From NCBI RefSeq assembly GCF_009914755.1, contig NC_060927.1: DNA of 64,000 bases; one strand, given 5' to 3'. Within the stretch, counting starts at the first letter, position 1, and the number at the start of each line of letters is the position of its first letter. A model generated the notes under the pieces. It searched no databases, was not told the origin of the DNA, and worked only from the letters and a program-made list of their open reading frames with translations. This document shows, piece by piece, positions 1 through 16,810 of this stretch. Position numbers and translations under genes: made by a program. Source of the stretch: the human T2T-CHM13v2.0 reference genome, Homo sapiens.

Positions 1-313
1 ATCCTATATTGCCTCAGACACACTAGAGGATGTTAAAGTGGCAAAAGACAGTAAGAAAAGTCTTGAACTGTGCTTGCTTTAATCTTCCCTATGAAATTTA
101 AAAGAAAAATCCTTGTTTATTTTTCTCTAATGAACATATATTGCTTCATTTTATAAAATGTACACTTGTGATATACATATCAATCCACTTTCATCAACTG
201 ATTGGAGTTATTCAGAGCAGAAAAAAATTTTCTAAACAACAACAACAAAAAATAATTTGAGCAAATAATTGTAAAGCTAAGCATAACTCAAGATACTGTT
301 TCCCAAAACAGAC

Positions 314-664
314 TGCTATGAGTTGAATGTGACCCTTGAATTCATACGTTGGAAACTTAATCCCCAATGCAACACTGTTGAGAGGTGGGACCTTTAAGAG
401 GTAATTGGGTCGTGAAGGCTCTGCCCTGATGTGGGGATTAAGGTGGTTAGGATGAATTCAGTCCCCTTCCACCGTCCACCGAGCTTGTGCTCTCTTGCCC
501 TCTGCCTTCCTCCATGGGATGATGCAGCAAGAAGGTGCTTGCCAGATGTGGGCCCCAAGACCTTGGACTTCCCAGCCTCCCGAACTATAAGAAATAAATC
601 TTTATTTTTATAAATTACCCAGTCTCAGGTATTCTGTTACAGCCACACAAAATGAACTATGACA
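314..664 (+). mobile_element. MaLR LTR (MST family, MSTC/D-like)
   Basis: Start TGCTATG..TGAATGT; cttggacttcccagcctcc, aataaa and aaattacccagtctcaggtattctgtta motifs. Confidence 0.8.
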
Positions 665-1961
665 CAGACAAACCACTTCATATTTAATTAGAGCAGCACA
701 CATCCCAACCATATACAAAAACAGCTGTGTGTGTGTTTTCCAAGAGCAGGATCACCGTTTTCATGGTTTTATCATCATCACTATGAGACGTTTAAGAGCA
801 AAGCAGAATATATTATCCAGGTTTCGGAAGAGAGGCAGGAATTTTAGCAAATACTTCCACGTGAAATTTTTGTCTAGCTTACTTAACAGGATTTTCAACC
901 TGCATGATAAATAAACTTTTTGGATATTGGGCTGTTTACATTTTTCCTCTGTAAGTTTGAAAGATGATTTCTTCCAGTGAAATGGATGTGAAAATAATGG
1001 ATGAAAGAAGTTGTAAGTGCTCCAGCACCTAATGTAAGATTGTACCCCACACACATTCTGTCCAGGAATGAGCTTATCAGGTGCCAGCCTCAAGGCAACT
1101 AGTCTGAAAGGACACTGAAGAGCTTTCCATTCTAAAGACACTTGTTTTCCAACTTCCTTATCTTTAAGTGAGGAGATAAGTAGCAACAAAACTATGTATA
1201 TCACTTCCTACAGAATTCTTGCTCCCTTATCCACATAGCTTCATCCAGTTTCAAAAAGGAAATACAACAGACTTTATCACCCTCACTCAATGGCCCCACT
1301 GCAGCAAATCTTTGTGGTCTACAGCATAATTTTCCAGATTAGTGGAACAGATCCGTTTTCCAGATATTTGTGAACACAGCTGCTGACTGCCTTATCAGTG
1401 GGGGCAAGCAACAGGCAGCATAACCCGAGTTTATTTTTTTTAGTTAAAAATAGGAACATAGCCAGCTAGCACTCTGGGGTTGGGATGGTGAATGAAAGGA
1501 TGTAGAAACCACAAAGAAAAGGAGAGAGAGAAAAAATGGCAAAACTCCACTATAGGGGGCTGGCTTTTATAAAAAATATTTTTTAATGCCTTTGACCTGA
1601 CTCCTGATGGAGTTTATGAGTTCAACTCCTTCCATCTCTGTTGAATCTACAGTGAAGATCAGTCCTATCCTAAATTCCCAAATTCCTCCAACAAAGTGTT
1701 ATATTCCACAGGTCAGGAGATTTATAGCCCTGGTTCACTAACGTTGTATGCAGAAATTGGGAACCGTGGTTCTCAACCTGACTTATGTAAGGGAGTCCCT
1801 TAAAATCTTTAAAAACTACTGAAGCCTGGACCCTCACCCCCAGCATTTTGGATTTAATTAGGCTAGGTACAGTCTTGACCTCAGAATTTTGAAACTCTCC
1901 CCATTTTTCTGGTCCTAGACAAGAGTGTGATGTGAGGCCCAATGCTCTCAAACCTGCTTCT

Positions 1962-2655
1962 TGAAACTGCCTTTGCAAAATTATGACTAAGACAGTGAAA
2001 GAGATCTAACTTAATCAATTCCATCTTGCTTCTAACCTCCAAGCTGTCCTTGTTCATTCCTGGGTGTAGGCTGTACTTACTTTGGGATAAATTTAGTTTA
2101 TAGTTTATAGTTTAAAACAAAGACGATAACAGTCCTTTCCCAAAGCAGACCTCCTTCTTGCCTGCAGATTAGATTGCCTTTGTGGGACTAACATTAGCCA
2201 CAAGATTAGAAATTATGATTTAGGAGTCATGCCACTGGAGGATACAAGATTCTGACCCTCCCTAACCTGCTCCTAAGATTAGTGCTTGAGGTATTTTTGC
2301 AGACCCTGCACTTGATGGATCAGCTGGCACCACCCAGAGCAATAAACCAGATCATCTGATCTTGTGGCCCCCACCGGGAAAATGACTCAGCACAAGAAGA
2401 CAACTTCAACGCCTTATGATTTCAACCCTGACCAATCAGCACTCCTGGCTCACTGGCTTCCCCCCACCCACCAAATTGTCCTTAAAAACTCTGCTCCCTG
2501 ATTGCTTGGGTAGACTGATTTGAGTAATAATAAGACTTCTGGCCTCCCGCACAGCTGGCTCTGCATGAATTACTCTTTCTCTATTGCAATTCCCCTGTCT
2601 TGATGAATTGGCTCTGTCTAGGCAGCCAGCAAAGTGAACCCCTTCAGCAGTTACA
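1962..2655 (+). mobile_element. Solo ERV1 LTR (LTR8)
   Basis: TGAAACTGCCTTTGCAAAATTATGAC...GTTACA termini; 4-bp TSD TTCT. Confidence 0.85.
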
Positions 2656-2720
2656 TTCTGAGGCCCAGACTCTCTACCTGAAAATCAGGATTCTTTGGGA
2701 CACAATAAGAAGGATTACAC

Positions 2721-2926
2721 AAGTTCATGCCACTCTCCTGCCTCAGCCTCCTGAGTATCTGGTACTACAGGTGCCCACCATCATGCCCGGCTAGTATCTT
2801 GTATTTTTAGTAGAGACAGGATTTCACCATGTTAGCCAGGATGGTCTCGAGCTCCTGACCCTGTGATCCACCTGCCTCAGCCTCCTAAAGTGCTGGGATT
2901 ACAGGCGTGAGCCACCGTACCCGGCC
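2721..2926 (-). mobile_element. Partial Alu
   Basis: Alu consensus in reverse; the 3' part is missing. Confidence 0.9.
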
Positions 2927-4219
2927 TGCACTTTCTAGCAATATAAAACCTCACAGATTTGAGTCAAAGCTACCAGGACTAATCAAAGCCCACCCATCCT
3001 TCTATCAGGGTAGATGTAGTAGGCCAAGGATGACTTCTTGGCCTGCTGTTTTCTTCTTGGACATGATATTGAGTCAAGATGAATTTAAACCCATAATCAA
3101 ATAATGAGAGCTCATCCTCTGCCCCATAATTCACGTTGACCTGGAAAGTATATTACCTCCTTCCTAATTGCCATGTGAATTACATGCATCTGATGCTCAG
3201 AGGAGTGAAGGTAAGACCAGGATTTCAAATCTCAGAATTTGAGGTACATCTGATTCAAATTTAAAGCATTGCTGAAATGATGCATTTAGCAAAAAACATG
3301 ATATCTCTCCCCGCAGTCCCCCTGAGAATATGTGCATAATAAAGGTATCATCCATTTTACATGCGAAGCCTTTGTGGTGTTTTCCACTGTCTCAAATCTA
3401 ATCACAGTTAACCCAACAAAGGGATTACAGCTTTATCGGGAGTTTATTTTCCAAGACTGCCCCATGGCTCTGTGAGATATGGTATCCTGTTTTTCCCACT
3501 ATGCTGAGCCCAAAGATCCCATTAAATAAAGTTGGACTCTTCAGTTATGCAGAAATATAAACAGTCTGCTCAGTGTGGCTTGGTATTATATTTTCATTTA
3601 GGAAAAAATAAATTTCTAATACTAAACAGTGTTGACCCCTGTAACTCAGAAGTTAAAATATAATAAAAGGAAATTCTAAAATTTCACCAGAAGAAAAGGC
3701 ACTCTATATTCACATACACATGTTTTGCCATTTAATGTACCATAGCCGTAGAGTCTACCTGCTAGTCAATGATGTCTGAAGTTTTTCAGTGGATAAACTA
3801 GTGAGGGCATTCTATATCCCTTTGTAGTATGAAACAAACCCATCAGAAATCTTTATAGCACCAAATCTAATCTATTTTCTTGATACATAATTAGTTCAGC
3901 CCAATCTGAACATTTGGTATTGTGTGGGCTTGGTAACAGAGTAGCTGGAGAAAGATATAAATAGGGTGGCACGTCTCCACTGTGTAGGTTTCCATAGACT
4001 AAAGATCTAATACTGCCATGGTCCTCAGTAGGCCAAACCAGTGGAATAGATTGTCCAGGCCCAGGTATGATTAGGTTCAATCAACCTTTTTAACTAAAAC
4101 AAAATTATTATATTTCCATGTAAAATTGTGAACTTAAATCCCAAGGAGGAAACCTATTATATACCTTCAGACCTCTACACACTCTCTTTCTACTAACAGT
4201 CATAGAAATTCAAGCCACG

Positions 4220-4513
4220 GGCCAGGCGCAGTGGCTCACACCTGTAATCCCAGCACTTTGGGAGGCCGAGGAGGGTGGATCACGAGGTCAGGAGATCAAG
4301 ACCATCCTGGCTAACACAGTGAAACCCCGTCTCTACTAAAAATACAAAAAATTAGCCGGGCGTGGTGGTGGGTGCCTGTGGTCCCAGCTACTTGGGAGGC
4401 TGAGGCAGGAGAATGGTGTGAACCCAGAGGAGGAGCTTGCAGTGAGCCGAGATTGTGCCACTGCACTCCAGCCTGGGCAACACAGCGAGACTCTGTCTCA
4501 AAAAAAAAAAGAA
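4220..4513 (+). mobile_element. AluY-like
   Basis: Full dimer, poly(A), TSD AGAAATTCAAGCCACG. Confidence 0.93.
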
Positions 4514-4699
4514 AGAAATTCAAGCCACGTCTCCTCAGGTGTGTTTCCTTTGACGCAATGATGAATGATCTAGTAGGAGATGGTGGCAATGGCAGAAGGT
4601 TGTGGAACTGTTTCTTTTGAAAGGACGTTGATAACCCCATTCTACATTGGATTTTTGTTCACCCACATAGTTGCCTCTGGCTGTTACCTCCACAGAAAG

Positions 4700-5312
4700 G
4701 GAGATATTGCATTTTCCAAAATGGCTACAACAATATTTCCATCTTTCCTGCTCTTATTATGTGATCTCACCACACCCATATCTTGAAGGGAGTCTAATTC
4801 TCCTCAGTTTGAATCCGGAAAAAGCATATGGCTACTCCTACTAGTAGAATACAGCAGAGGTGATGCTGTGTGATTTCAAAGACTGAGTCATAATAGATAA
4901 TGTAGTTTTTGCCTTGTTTGCTAGAATGTTTACACTTGGAGTCCAGAGCTGCCCTGTTAAGAAGCTCAACTACCCTGAGGTCACCATGATGTCAGGAAGC
5001 CAAACTCGATGGAAAGGCCATTAAGTGGGTACTGCACTTGACAGCCCAGTGTCATTCCCAGCAAACAGTCAACACCAACAGTGGGAGAGTTGTCTTGAAT
5101 GTCTACACCAGTCTAATCTTCAGAGGACAGCAGCTCCGTGACATCTGACTCCAACTGCTTGAGAGATCTTATGCCAGAAATACCCAGCCAAGCTCTTCCC
5201 ACATTCCTAGCCCCAAAGAATTATTAGCAAAATAAAACAGTTGTTTTAAAATGGTTGTTTTAAGCCACTAAGTTTTAGGGTAATTTGTTATGAAGCAATA
5301 GTAGCCAAAACA
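4700..5312 (+). mobile_element. MaLR LTR (MLT1G/H-like)
   Basis: ttttaagccactaagttttagggtaatttgttatgaagcaatag end motif; the start is approximate. Confidence 0.7.
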
Positions 5313-5343
5313 GAATTATTTCGTAGTCACTTTTATTTCCTAT

Positions 5344-6447
<1,104 letters not shown>

Positions 6448-7247
6448 CTATTATTCAGGCCGTTTCCAAATTTAAGAAAATCAGAAGTTTCGGGTCACCC
6501 TCAGGGAAGGGGCATCTTTTCTAACACACTTGACTGCTGAACTTTCCAACATCTTGGTGTTCCTAGAATCTGCTAACAGCCAATGGGCCCTGATAGGCAG
6601 CCATATTATTAGGGAATTAGGCATAGAAAATTACATTTACCAACACTCTTCTAAGAGAAATTGCTCTGTATATTTGGGAAAACACACTTTGATCAACTAC
6701 ATAGCAGGGATGAGTTGAAAATAGGGCAGAGTGAGATATTCAAGTCCATTTTCAAGTAGTAACAGTCACTAAACTTCCTTCTAAGAGGAGAAGGGAGTCA
6801 TATATATTGTAGATTTTTTTGCTTTGTTGAGCACCTAGCTAAGTAGGGAATGCAAATTTAGGAGAAGAACTGAATTACTCAGCAAAATAGAGGAAACTGG
6901 ACCATGCTTGGAAAAAGCAAAAAGGAAACACCCCATTTGCTGAGTAGCCATAATGCGAACTTTGGGAAACAGAGATATTTAACAGTGTTTTGAAAGAGTT
7001 TGCTGTGGAGCATATAAGAAAAATGGTATCCCCTCTCATCCTTAACAGAGTTTCAGTAAATAATGTATCGTTCAATAATTCTCCTGTTGCTAGTGGTTTA
7101 GGGAAATGCAAAAGTGTTGAAGTTAGCAAGGGGATGAAAAAAAGACTATATTCAGAAGCCATCAGAAAGCTAGGATAATCCCAGACTGGTAAAGATGTAG
7201 CAGGGACAAAACATTTAAAAAAATAAAATAAAATAAAAAAAGGATGA

Positions 7248-7545
7248 GGCTGAGTGTAGTGACTCATGCCTATAATTCCAGCACTTTTGGGAGCACTTTG
7301 GGCTACACAAGAGGATCACTTGAGGCCAGGAGTTCAAGACCAGCCTGAGCAGTATAAAGAGACCTCAACTCTACAAAAATAAAATTAGCCTGGCATGGTG
7401 GCACACACCTGTAGTACTAGCTATCAGGGAGGCTGAAGCAAGAAGGTTGCTTGAGACCAGGAGTTCAAGGCTGTAGTGAGTGAGCTATGATGGCACCACT
7501 GCACTTCAGCCTAGGCGACAGTGTGAGACCTTGTCTCTAAAAAAC
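7248..7545 (+). mobile_element. Old Alu (AluJ-like)
   Basis: Diverged Alu dimer. Confidence 0.85.
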
Positions 7546-8179
7546 ATAAAAATTTTTAAAAATTAAAAAGAATGAAAATTGCAAAAATAATAATTTACCT
7601 TATGGTATCACCCAGTTATGGAAGGTATTTTTTAAAAGAAGAATTTTATGCACACTGTCCTCTGAAGATTGGAAGAGAGAACAGGTACACACACAGGAAT
7701 TGTTATGCACTTATCAGTACTTTTTTTCTCCAGGTGCTAATGATTATTTGATTTTGAAGGATAAAGAGACTTGTGGAGAAAGTTGGGCTATAGATAAATA
7801 GAAAAAGTCATATACCGGAGTCCCATAAAAATGGCTCAATGTTTTAACCAACCGCTACCAGTGAGTCTTCATCTCTTGCTCTTTTTTAGTCTTCTCAAAA
7901 TTTTCCGCTCATCTGTCCCATTTTTAGGAAATTAGTTCCAGTGTGAGTCTATCCTGATGAAACAATCTGCACTGAATTGTCACCCATTGAGTCTATTTTG
8001 TGTATTTTAGCTCCCAGGGTCCTGTGCATTTGTAGCCTATACAAACCTCTTACTCCATAAAGTTGGGTGTAAGAGAAGTATCTCATTTCTTTCTTCAAAT
8101 TTAATCCAAATTTGAGTGTGAAAAAATGCTGAATATATGTGAAGAGATTTTTTTCTTGAGCTCTCCTTAGCTATCTTTT

Positions 8180-8604
8180 TGAAAGCAGAGCCTCCCAAAG
8201 GAATTCAATGATTATAAATCCCCTCCTTGAGAGTTAACCAGGGAAGATTGACTCCTATGGCTAGAGAGGAGAAGTTGGCACCAGGATAAGAATTTCTCTA
8301 AACAAACATCGCCAGAAAACTATCTTTATCTCCCATCCATTCTCTTAAAGGCCAGTTTACCTTTCCTAAAAGTCTTTTGTTTTCCTGTAAATGCCCTTTG
8401 TCCCACTCCCCTTCCCCTACTAAAGATGGTACATAAGCCCTCAACTTTAACCACTTCCTTGAGTCATATTTTTCTACAAACTTCTGTGTACATTCATGCA
8501 TAAAATTTGTCTTGTCTCTTGCCAATTTGCTTTTGTCAGTTTAATTGGGAAGGCACCAAGTACTAAACCTATGAGGGTACAGGAAAAATTTTTCCTGCCC
8601 CACA
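8180..8604 (+). mobile_element. ERV1-class LTR (MER34/MER39-like)
   Basis: ataagccctca...accacttccttgagtca and gaggg...aaaatttttcctgccccaca end motifs. Confidence 0.5.
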
Positions 8605-10264
8605 AACCTCCTGCCTTCTAAGGTGTAGAAAAATTCAACCTCTCATTACTGGGGTTGGTCGGGAGGAATCTTCCCTTCAGGCTTCACCTATAATCTGGGA
8701 GACTCAGGCTCCAACTAGAATGTAGGAAATAGAGGGAGAACTGAAGGGAGGCCTTCAGTTCACCCTGATGATGATACATGCTCATTGTCCAGGTTTCATT
8801 GTTCCAGGATACTGTAGAGTCTGGTGTCTGTGTAGAATCCCCTGCTGTCTGTGGGCAGAGCCCTGTGCTGGCATCCAGCCACCTTAGCTGCAGCTTTCTT
8901 CAGTTTTGTCTCCTCCCTGAGTCTCTTCATGGTGCAGGGAGCACATCCCCCGACTCTCCATGCAGATTTCCATTCACTCCAGTCTTAAAGAATCACCCTT
9001 CTCAAAAAACACTTATTTCTCCCCCATCTCCCTAGTACAATCCACTCAAAGGGCTCAGTTATTGGGAACATAAGAGCCAGAAAGACCCATGGTTTATAGT
9101 AATTTTTGCTTCCTATGCCCACCACATAAACCTCTCTTGAGGCAAGGGAAAGGCTCAGAGGGCAAAGCTACCTTCCTGGGAGAAGGAAAGGAAAACACAA
9201 GGCAAAAAGAAAACAATGATATCTCAACAAAACACTCAAACACATATTTAACAAGTTATTCTGGAAGCAGCAACTACTGCTAAAAGTAGCCCTATTTGAA
9301 CTCAACAGAATGGGTCCTTTAAAGTGAGTCCTCTAGTTCCTGCGGGCCATACCACAGCCCCTCCCCAGAAAGGCTACACCGGATTGGAACACAATCCACT
9401 TGAGAAAAATCTTGAGTTTGGGCATGTTATCCTTGGAGACACATTTCTCGTCATATAGCAACGCTTGTGGAGCTTTCATTTCCCCTCAGCAGAAAATTCC
9501 GAACTGAGATGGTCACCTTGAAGGTAACAGCACCCACAACAATCTTGGAATCTCTGATCACAATGTCCTTGCTTCTTTCTAAGGCAGGATTAACCGACCT
9601 TCCCTCTTGAGTTCAGTTTCCCTGCCCACTCCAGTCTCCACCCCATAAGAGATGAGACCTGCCTCCCAGGACATGGGCTTAAATGACCTCTGAGAGGTAA
9701 ACATTGAGAAGACATTTTCCTGCCCTAGACCCTACCCTTCAGGCGCCTGTCAGCAACGATTCTGATGTTAGTGAGCCAAAGGCAGCCCTGTCCTACCTGG
9801 CTCCTGCCAGAAGCTGCTGCCTTTGAAAATAGCAGAAAGAGCTTTTTCTGTTAAGAGGAAGCAACAGAACCCCTGGCAACAAGCAGACCTCATACTTCCC
9901 TCAAGCCACTTGTTTACAGACGGGCCCAGAGTAGGGAAAATGAGGTCAAGGAGCCGCTTCTGTTTCCCTCTTTACTGGGCCTAGGTGACCTGAGAGATGA
10001 CCTTCAGAACCAGATACCTTTATCTACTGCCTCGGTGCCTGTGAGACTTGTGATATCAGCAGGGTTCTGCAGAAATCCCTTGTTATCCTTGTAAAGATAA
10101 CAAGTTAGAAGTCTTTTAAAAGGATATAGATTTTCATGTGCAAACTAAGAGATATATTCTGGAAAAGTGCAAACTATATAGTTTTCATAGGGCATTTTCC
10201 TGCATTCACTTTGATCAAATAACCAGCAGCCCAAGTCTTTACTCTCTGTTTTTATACTTCTTTT

Positions 10265-10385
10265 AGCATCCTCACTTTATAAATGAGGTAAACTGAGGCT
10301 CAGAGGGATTAAGTGACTCATTTCAGGTCCCACAGCTAGTAAATGATATAGAATCCCGAGGATTCCAAGCTAAGATTTCTGATTC
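10265..10385 (-). mobile_element. MIR
   Basis: MIR core aaactgaggctcagagggattaagtgact...cacagctagtaaatg. Confidence 0.75.
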
Positions 10386-12230
10386 TCTTTACCCATTTGT
10401 AGCCTTTTCAGATGTATATTTCACCAAAGCATGTTTAGGTTTATTTGTTAGTTTAACATAGGTGGCTTAAGACTGAAACTTTCTAACATTAAGAGAGTCT
10501 GAATCCCTGTTAGAAAAACCAGACATGTATTTATGAAATTCTAAGCAAATTATGTGTCTCTGGGAGAAACCGGTAGATCACAATTGGCAAAGGAAGTCTA
10601 AACCAGTCTCTCTTAATTATGTTACCAAGAGTTGCTTTCTGTGTATAGGTCATTAGTTCGATTTAAGCATTAGTGTGTGCAAAGGGTGTGTTTCTGTGTG
10701 TGTGTATTAGAGATGTCCATGGGATACACAAATAAGCTTCAATATAGAGCAGGATAAAGCCAAAGAATAAGTACATTGTATACAACAGAACAACTAGAGT
10801 GTTCTGTAGCTTTGAAAAACATTGTGGCCAAACAAAATGTTCTGCCAGGGGCAACATGGGCTAGGTCTCTATCATCCGAATATGAATGGGTCATATTTTC
10901 AGGTTCTGTTGGCCTTTGAGGCCCAACCTAACACACTATGTTCTTGTGTAGCTGAGTTGCCCAACAAAACCAATGGTTGCATTTGAAGATCAAGAAAGAA
11001 AAAGTTAACTTTCATTCCCTTTCTCAGAACTGTACCTTCTTTAGAGAAATCCTTAGTCCTCAACAAGTGCCTCTAAAGAGAATAAAATGAAGCGTGCTTC
11101 TTCTGAGAAGCTATAGCATTTTGAAAGCTTATTTTCAATTGGATGAGGGTTTCATTACAACCATGTAATAGTAACTACTGTTAATTGAATGTGCAGGTAC
11201 AATACAGATGTCATCTAATTTAACCACCAAGAAAGGCTCATGACAAAGGCAGCATTTGTCATATTTTCAGATTCAGAAACTGGGGTTTAAATATTTTAAG
11301 TAATTTGATCAAAAAGAACCTGTGGAAAATGATGGAGCTTTCTGACCACAAAGCCTTAGCCACTATGCTATATTGCTTCTCAATTTTACACTAGGGAAAG
11401 GCTAAATTATCCACACAGGATAGATGGTAGTTAGCACGAGATGACCAAGAACCAAGTTGTGAAGAACTGTCCTTGTAAATTAGAGGACAACTTTAATTTT
11501 GATCTTTGCTTTGAAGGGAACTCACCCCAACAAGCACATTCCAGTTTTTAGCTGGTTACATTTGTTTTAAAACATACTGATATCTAAATGCTTTGCTAAA
11601 AACACAATTCTTCTCATCTTCTGAAACAAGAGAAAAAAAGTCACATAAAATTATGTCCAAATTATTCACATGTAAAAACTTCGCTTGAGCTGATTACATG
11701 ATTATTTTGTCCTAAAAGAAAATTACATGGAAGTTCAAATTTATCTGAAATGGAGAACTCTATGGAAGTTTCACTACAAGTACCAGTGACATTGATAATT
11801 TTAAATCACAATAGTCTTCATACAAATCCCATTGTAATGTTCTTGAAAAGTAAAAACGATAGCACCAAAAATTGTAAAATAGTGATTTGTTTTGTCTACT
11901 TGGCATTGCTAATGCTAAAGTCAAGATACAAAAACAATTACAGATAGGGGAAGTTACTTGCAATGCATACATAGACAAAAAAATTATAGCCTGAATATAT
12001 AAAGAACACCCACAAATCAATAGGAAACATAAATATGAACAATGACAAATGATAGCACAAGAAAAAAATGGCTTATGAACAAATGAAAAGCCACTCAACC
12101 TGACTAATAATCAAAGATATGTATTTTAAAATCATGAGATACTCTTTCGGTCCTTCAGAGTAGCAAAAGATAAAAAGTCTAACAAAACCAAATTGGAGAT
12201 GATATTAAAAAATAAAACCATTAAAGTGTA

Positions 12231-12831
<601 letters not shown>

Positions 12832-13477
12832 TAGTAAATATAGCTATATTTACAAGACAAACTCTTGATATATACATAATAAGACATGTAGGATTAGCAG
12901 CATTATGTATCATAGAAAAATTGTGGAGAATATCCATCAATGGTAGAATATCTAAACGAATGGTGATATATTCAAACAATGGAATATTATTTAGCAATGA
13001 AAATGAAAGAAGAACAGCTACACACAGTAACATGGATAAATACTTCGGACATGATGAGAAGAAGCAAAACCTATAAATTTCAGGAGAATGAACACATATG
13101 AAACCATTTATATAAAATTTAAAATATGCAAAATTTAAAAATATATTTTATAAGGATACAAATATATGTGGAAGCTATAGAGAATTTCAAGACAATGACA
13201 CACCTTGAGTTCAGGACCATGGTTATCTGTAGAAGGGAGAAAGGAGATGAAATCAGGGAGGGGCACATAGAGGGCTTTAATTGGGTTTGTCAAGTTTTGT
13301 TTCTTAAGCTGAGAAGTTGATGAGGTATTTCTCTTTTACTGTTTACATCTTTTTTTAAAAACAACTCTATGGGAAAAAATCTAATTTGATAAAAAAAAAT
13401 GGGCAAAAGATTTAAATAGGTATTTCTCAAAAGAAGACAAACAAATGGCAAACAGGCATATGAAAATGTGCTCAACA

Positions 13478-13775
13478 GGCCAGGTGCGGTGGCTCACACC
13501 TGTAATCCCAGCACTTTGGAAGGCCTAGGCAAGTGGATTATTTGAGGTCAGGAGTTTGAGACCAGTCTGGCCAACAGGGTAAAACCCTGTCTCTACTAAA
13601 ATTACAAAATTAGCCAGGTGTGGTGGTGCATGCCTGTAGTCCCAGCTACTCAGGAAGCTGAGGCAGGAGAATCACTTGAGGCGGGGAAGCAGAGGTTGCA
13701 GTGAGCTTAGATCCTGCCACTGCACTCCAGCCTGGGCAACAGAGCAAGACTCTGGCTCAAAAAAAAAGAAAAAGA
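13478..13775 (+). mobile_element. AluS
   Basis: Full dimer; TSD-like gtgctcaaca on both sides. Confidence 0.92.
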
Positions 13776-16582
13776 AAAACGAGGAAAAAAGTGCTCAACA
13801 TTATTGATCATCAGATAAAAGAAAATCAGAACTAAAGCTATAATGAAATACCATCTTATGCAATTAAAATGGCTTATATCCAAAAGAGAAGCAATTACAT
13901 TTTATAAATTTTTAAAGGTACCCACAGAGACCAACACCCTCTCTCCAAGTTGGCAAAGTGAAGGGCTGCTTGTCAGCTTCTGAATGCATCTCTTCCTTTT
14001 GACCATGGCTGTGACTGAGCTCCCAAGAACTTCCTTTTCAGATAGAAGAATGAAGACAATTCTGAAGCCCATTTGGGAAGAATGAGAAACTCTCCCAAAT
14101 TTTTACCCTGAGCTCCTTTTTCAACAATACTCAGGAACCCACTAGTGTGGATTCCATGCTCTGCCCTCAGTGTGGGAGCTGGTGTGAAAAGGAGACCTAA
14201 CTTTTAAAGGCAGAGATAGATTTGGGTTTGAATTCTAGCCTTGCCACTTTCTAGCTTCGGCTTCTTCATCTATAATATGGAACTAATAAGACAAACCTAC
14301 TTCACTGGGTTTTTATGAGGATGGAATTAGTTACTTCCTATAAAATGCCTGGTATACGTAAACACCCATAAACAATGTTTTCATCATTCATACAAGTTAG
14401 CAGTCTAGGAAAGTAGTCTGTTATTATTCTCTTTCTTGCTCTTTTTTTCTCTAAGATGTCTGCCATTTTCAAATTTGCCCTGTAACTATATTCTTTCAAA
14501 TTCCCTTTCCTGAGGTTTATGGTGACATGCATCCTAATTCACTGTTAGACAGTCAATTTGCTAGTTATTTTTAAATGTAGAAAAAAAGAAAAATATTAAA
14601 ATGTTCTACTTATTCATGGTTCTTACTCCCTTAAAAGCACTAGTGGAGGTCATTAAGACCATTACCTCAGAGTGCTCAGACATTACTAAAACAAATTACT
14701 CTGGGTCAGTATAAGGAGAGCCTTAACACTCATTCCAGTAGAGGAGGTTAGGAGGCCCCCTGAGAAGAAGCGAAAGAATGGATCTCTTGTTGGCTCACAC
14801 ATGACATTATTTAGAAATGGTTTGTTTTTCTAATATGACCAGATGGCTCCCAGCCACATATAAAAACACTCCAAGCTACACTGATTCGCTTGACAAGTGT
14901 CCTACAAAATGCAGTTAACCTAGACTGAAGGGCATGTGTCTATTTGGGGGTAAACCTTATTCAAGGTTTGTATTGTCTGCTGATGAGAGCTCTTCCTTGA
15001 GAATATTAAAATACCAATGTTAGAAGGAAAAGCACTTAGTTGAGCCAGAAGTTGTAGGTTTGCATATTTACTCCACTACTTCCTGGTGAGGTGGCATGAG
15101 TAAACTGTTTAGTTTCTAGGCCTCCCTTTCTTCATTTGTGAAGCAGGGATTATAATACTGTAACTCACAGAGTTCTGATAAGATTTAAGGGAATATTATG
15201 AATGACTCTGGAATGGAGCCAGATGCCTAGGAAGCACTCAAAGATATTAGGTAAAATATCAGCTGACAGTAGATCAACTTGGACATGTGTCTTCAAATTT
15301 TATATCCAAATTTCAAGATGGTAGGGGACATAATGGAAGAGAAAAAAGTTTTAGATTTTCAGCCAAGGAAAAAACGAAACTGAACTTGCTACTGGCTGGG
15401 TGGCTCTGAACAAATTTCTCACCTTTTCTGAGTCTTATTTATTTATTTTTTTTGTAGGTACATAGTAGCTGTATATATTTATGAGATACATGAGATGTTT
15501 TGATAGAATTCTTGCAATGTGACATAATGAGTCTTATTTTCCTAATGTACAAAATGGGGCATCATAGTATCTTCTCTCTCTACTTTCTAGGATTGTTGAA
15601 GGCTAACAAATTTCATCTTTGTGTATCCCCAACCTTCACATTCTGCATGCTTTCTGTCTCTAAAAGTAATTACCATTGTTAAGCATGTATTTGTGTTTTC
15701 TCAAATTACTAACTTCTGATGGAATAGATAGTCTTTTAAAAATTCAGTGGAAGAATTCTAGCTGGGCTTTGGAATTCTAGTCTTCTCTAAGAGAGCACTT
15801 TATATGTAAAGGCAAACAGCAACTCCACAACAGTACACTAGTAACAGTAATGATTAGGATAATTATTTCTCTGGAGAAACACCACTGTCTTCTGTGACTT
15901 TATGCTTGCAAGTTCAATCAGATGAAACAATTCCATAATAGTTTAAATCCCAGAACTACCTTTACTCAGAATCTGAGTAACAGTTTCTGAATACTCTAGA
16001 AATCAAATGTTATAGCCACTTGGCTGCATTGTTGGGTAAATCAAAAGATAAGGCCTGTAATAGCCTGAGTTCTTGAAGGGTTCACACTCAGTGAGTTGCG
16101 TGGTATTCTAGCACATGGGGTATGCATGGAAATTTACATAATGTGGCTTGGAGGAAAATAATTCTTGTTAGATTTTAGTTTGGCTGAATGGGAAATAGCC
16201 AACTTTATTGTCTTATCTCCCTTTAAAAAACAAACAAAAAAAATTTCTTTAATGTTTATGTTATACATGAATACAATCTCACTAAAAAAATAAGTTCTAT
16301 GGATAAAGTTTATGTCTCCTTAATCACTACTCCCCTTCTTAAAGGTGACTACTATTACCAGTTCACTGTGCATCCTTCCAGAACTCTTTTCTCTGAATTT
16401 CTTAGCACATATGTGTGCTATAGAGCTATATAGTTTCACAAGTGTGTATTTGTACATAAATAATACAAATTATTCTATGACTAGCTTTTTACTCTACAGT
16501 GTGTATTAAGGGGGAATTCCATGCCAGTTTGCAGATAGCCACCTCATTCTTTGTAACTGTTGTATACCACTCTGTAGCATGA

Positions 16583-16810
<228 letters not shown>

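Noticed and set aside
4311-4640. ORFs with AGVQW/LQPLPP-type peptides here and at other Alus
   Set aside because: Standard Alu translations.
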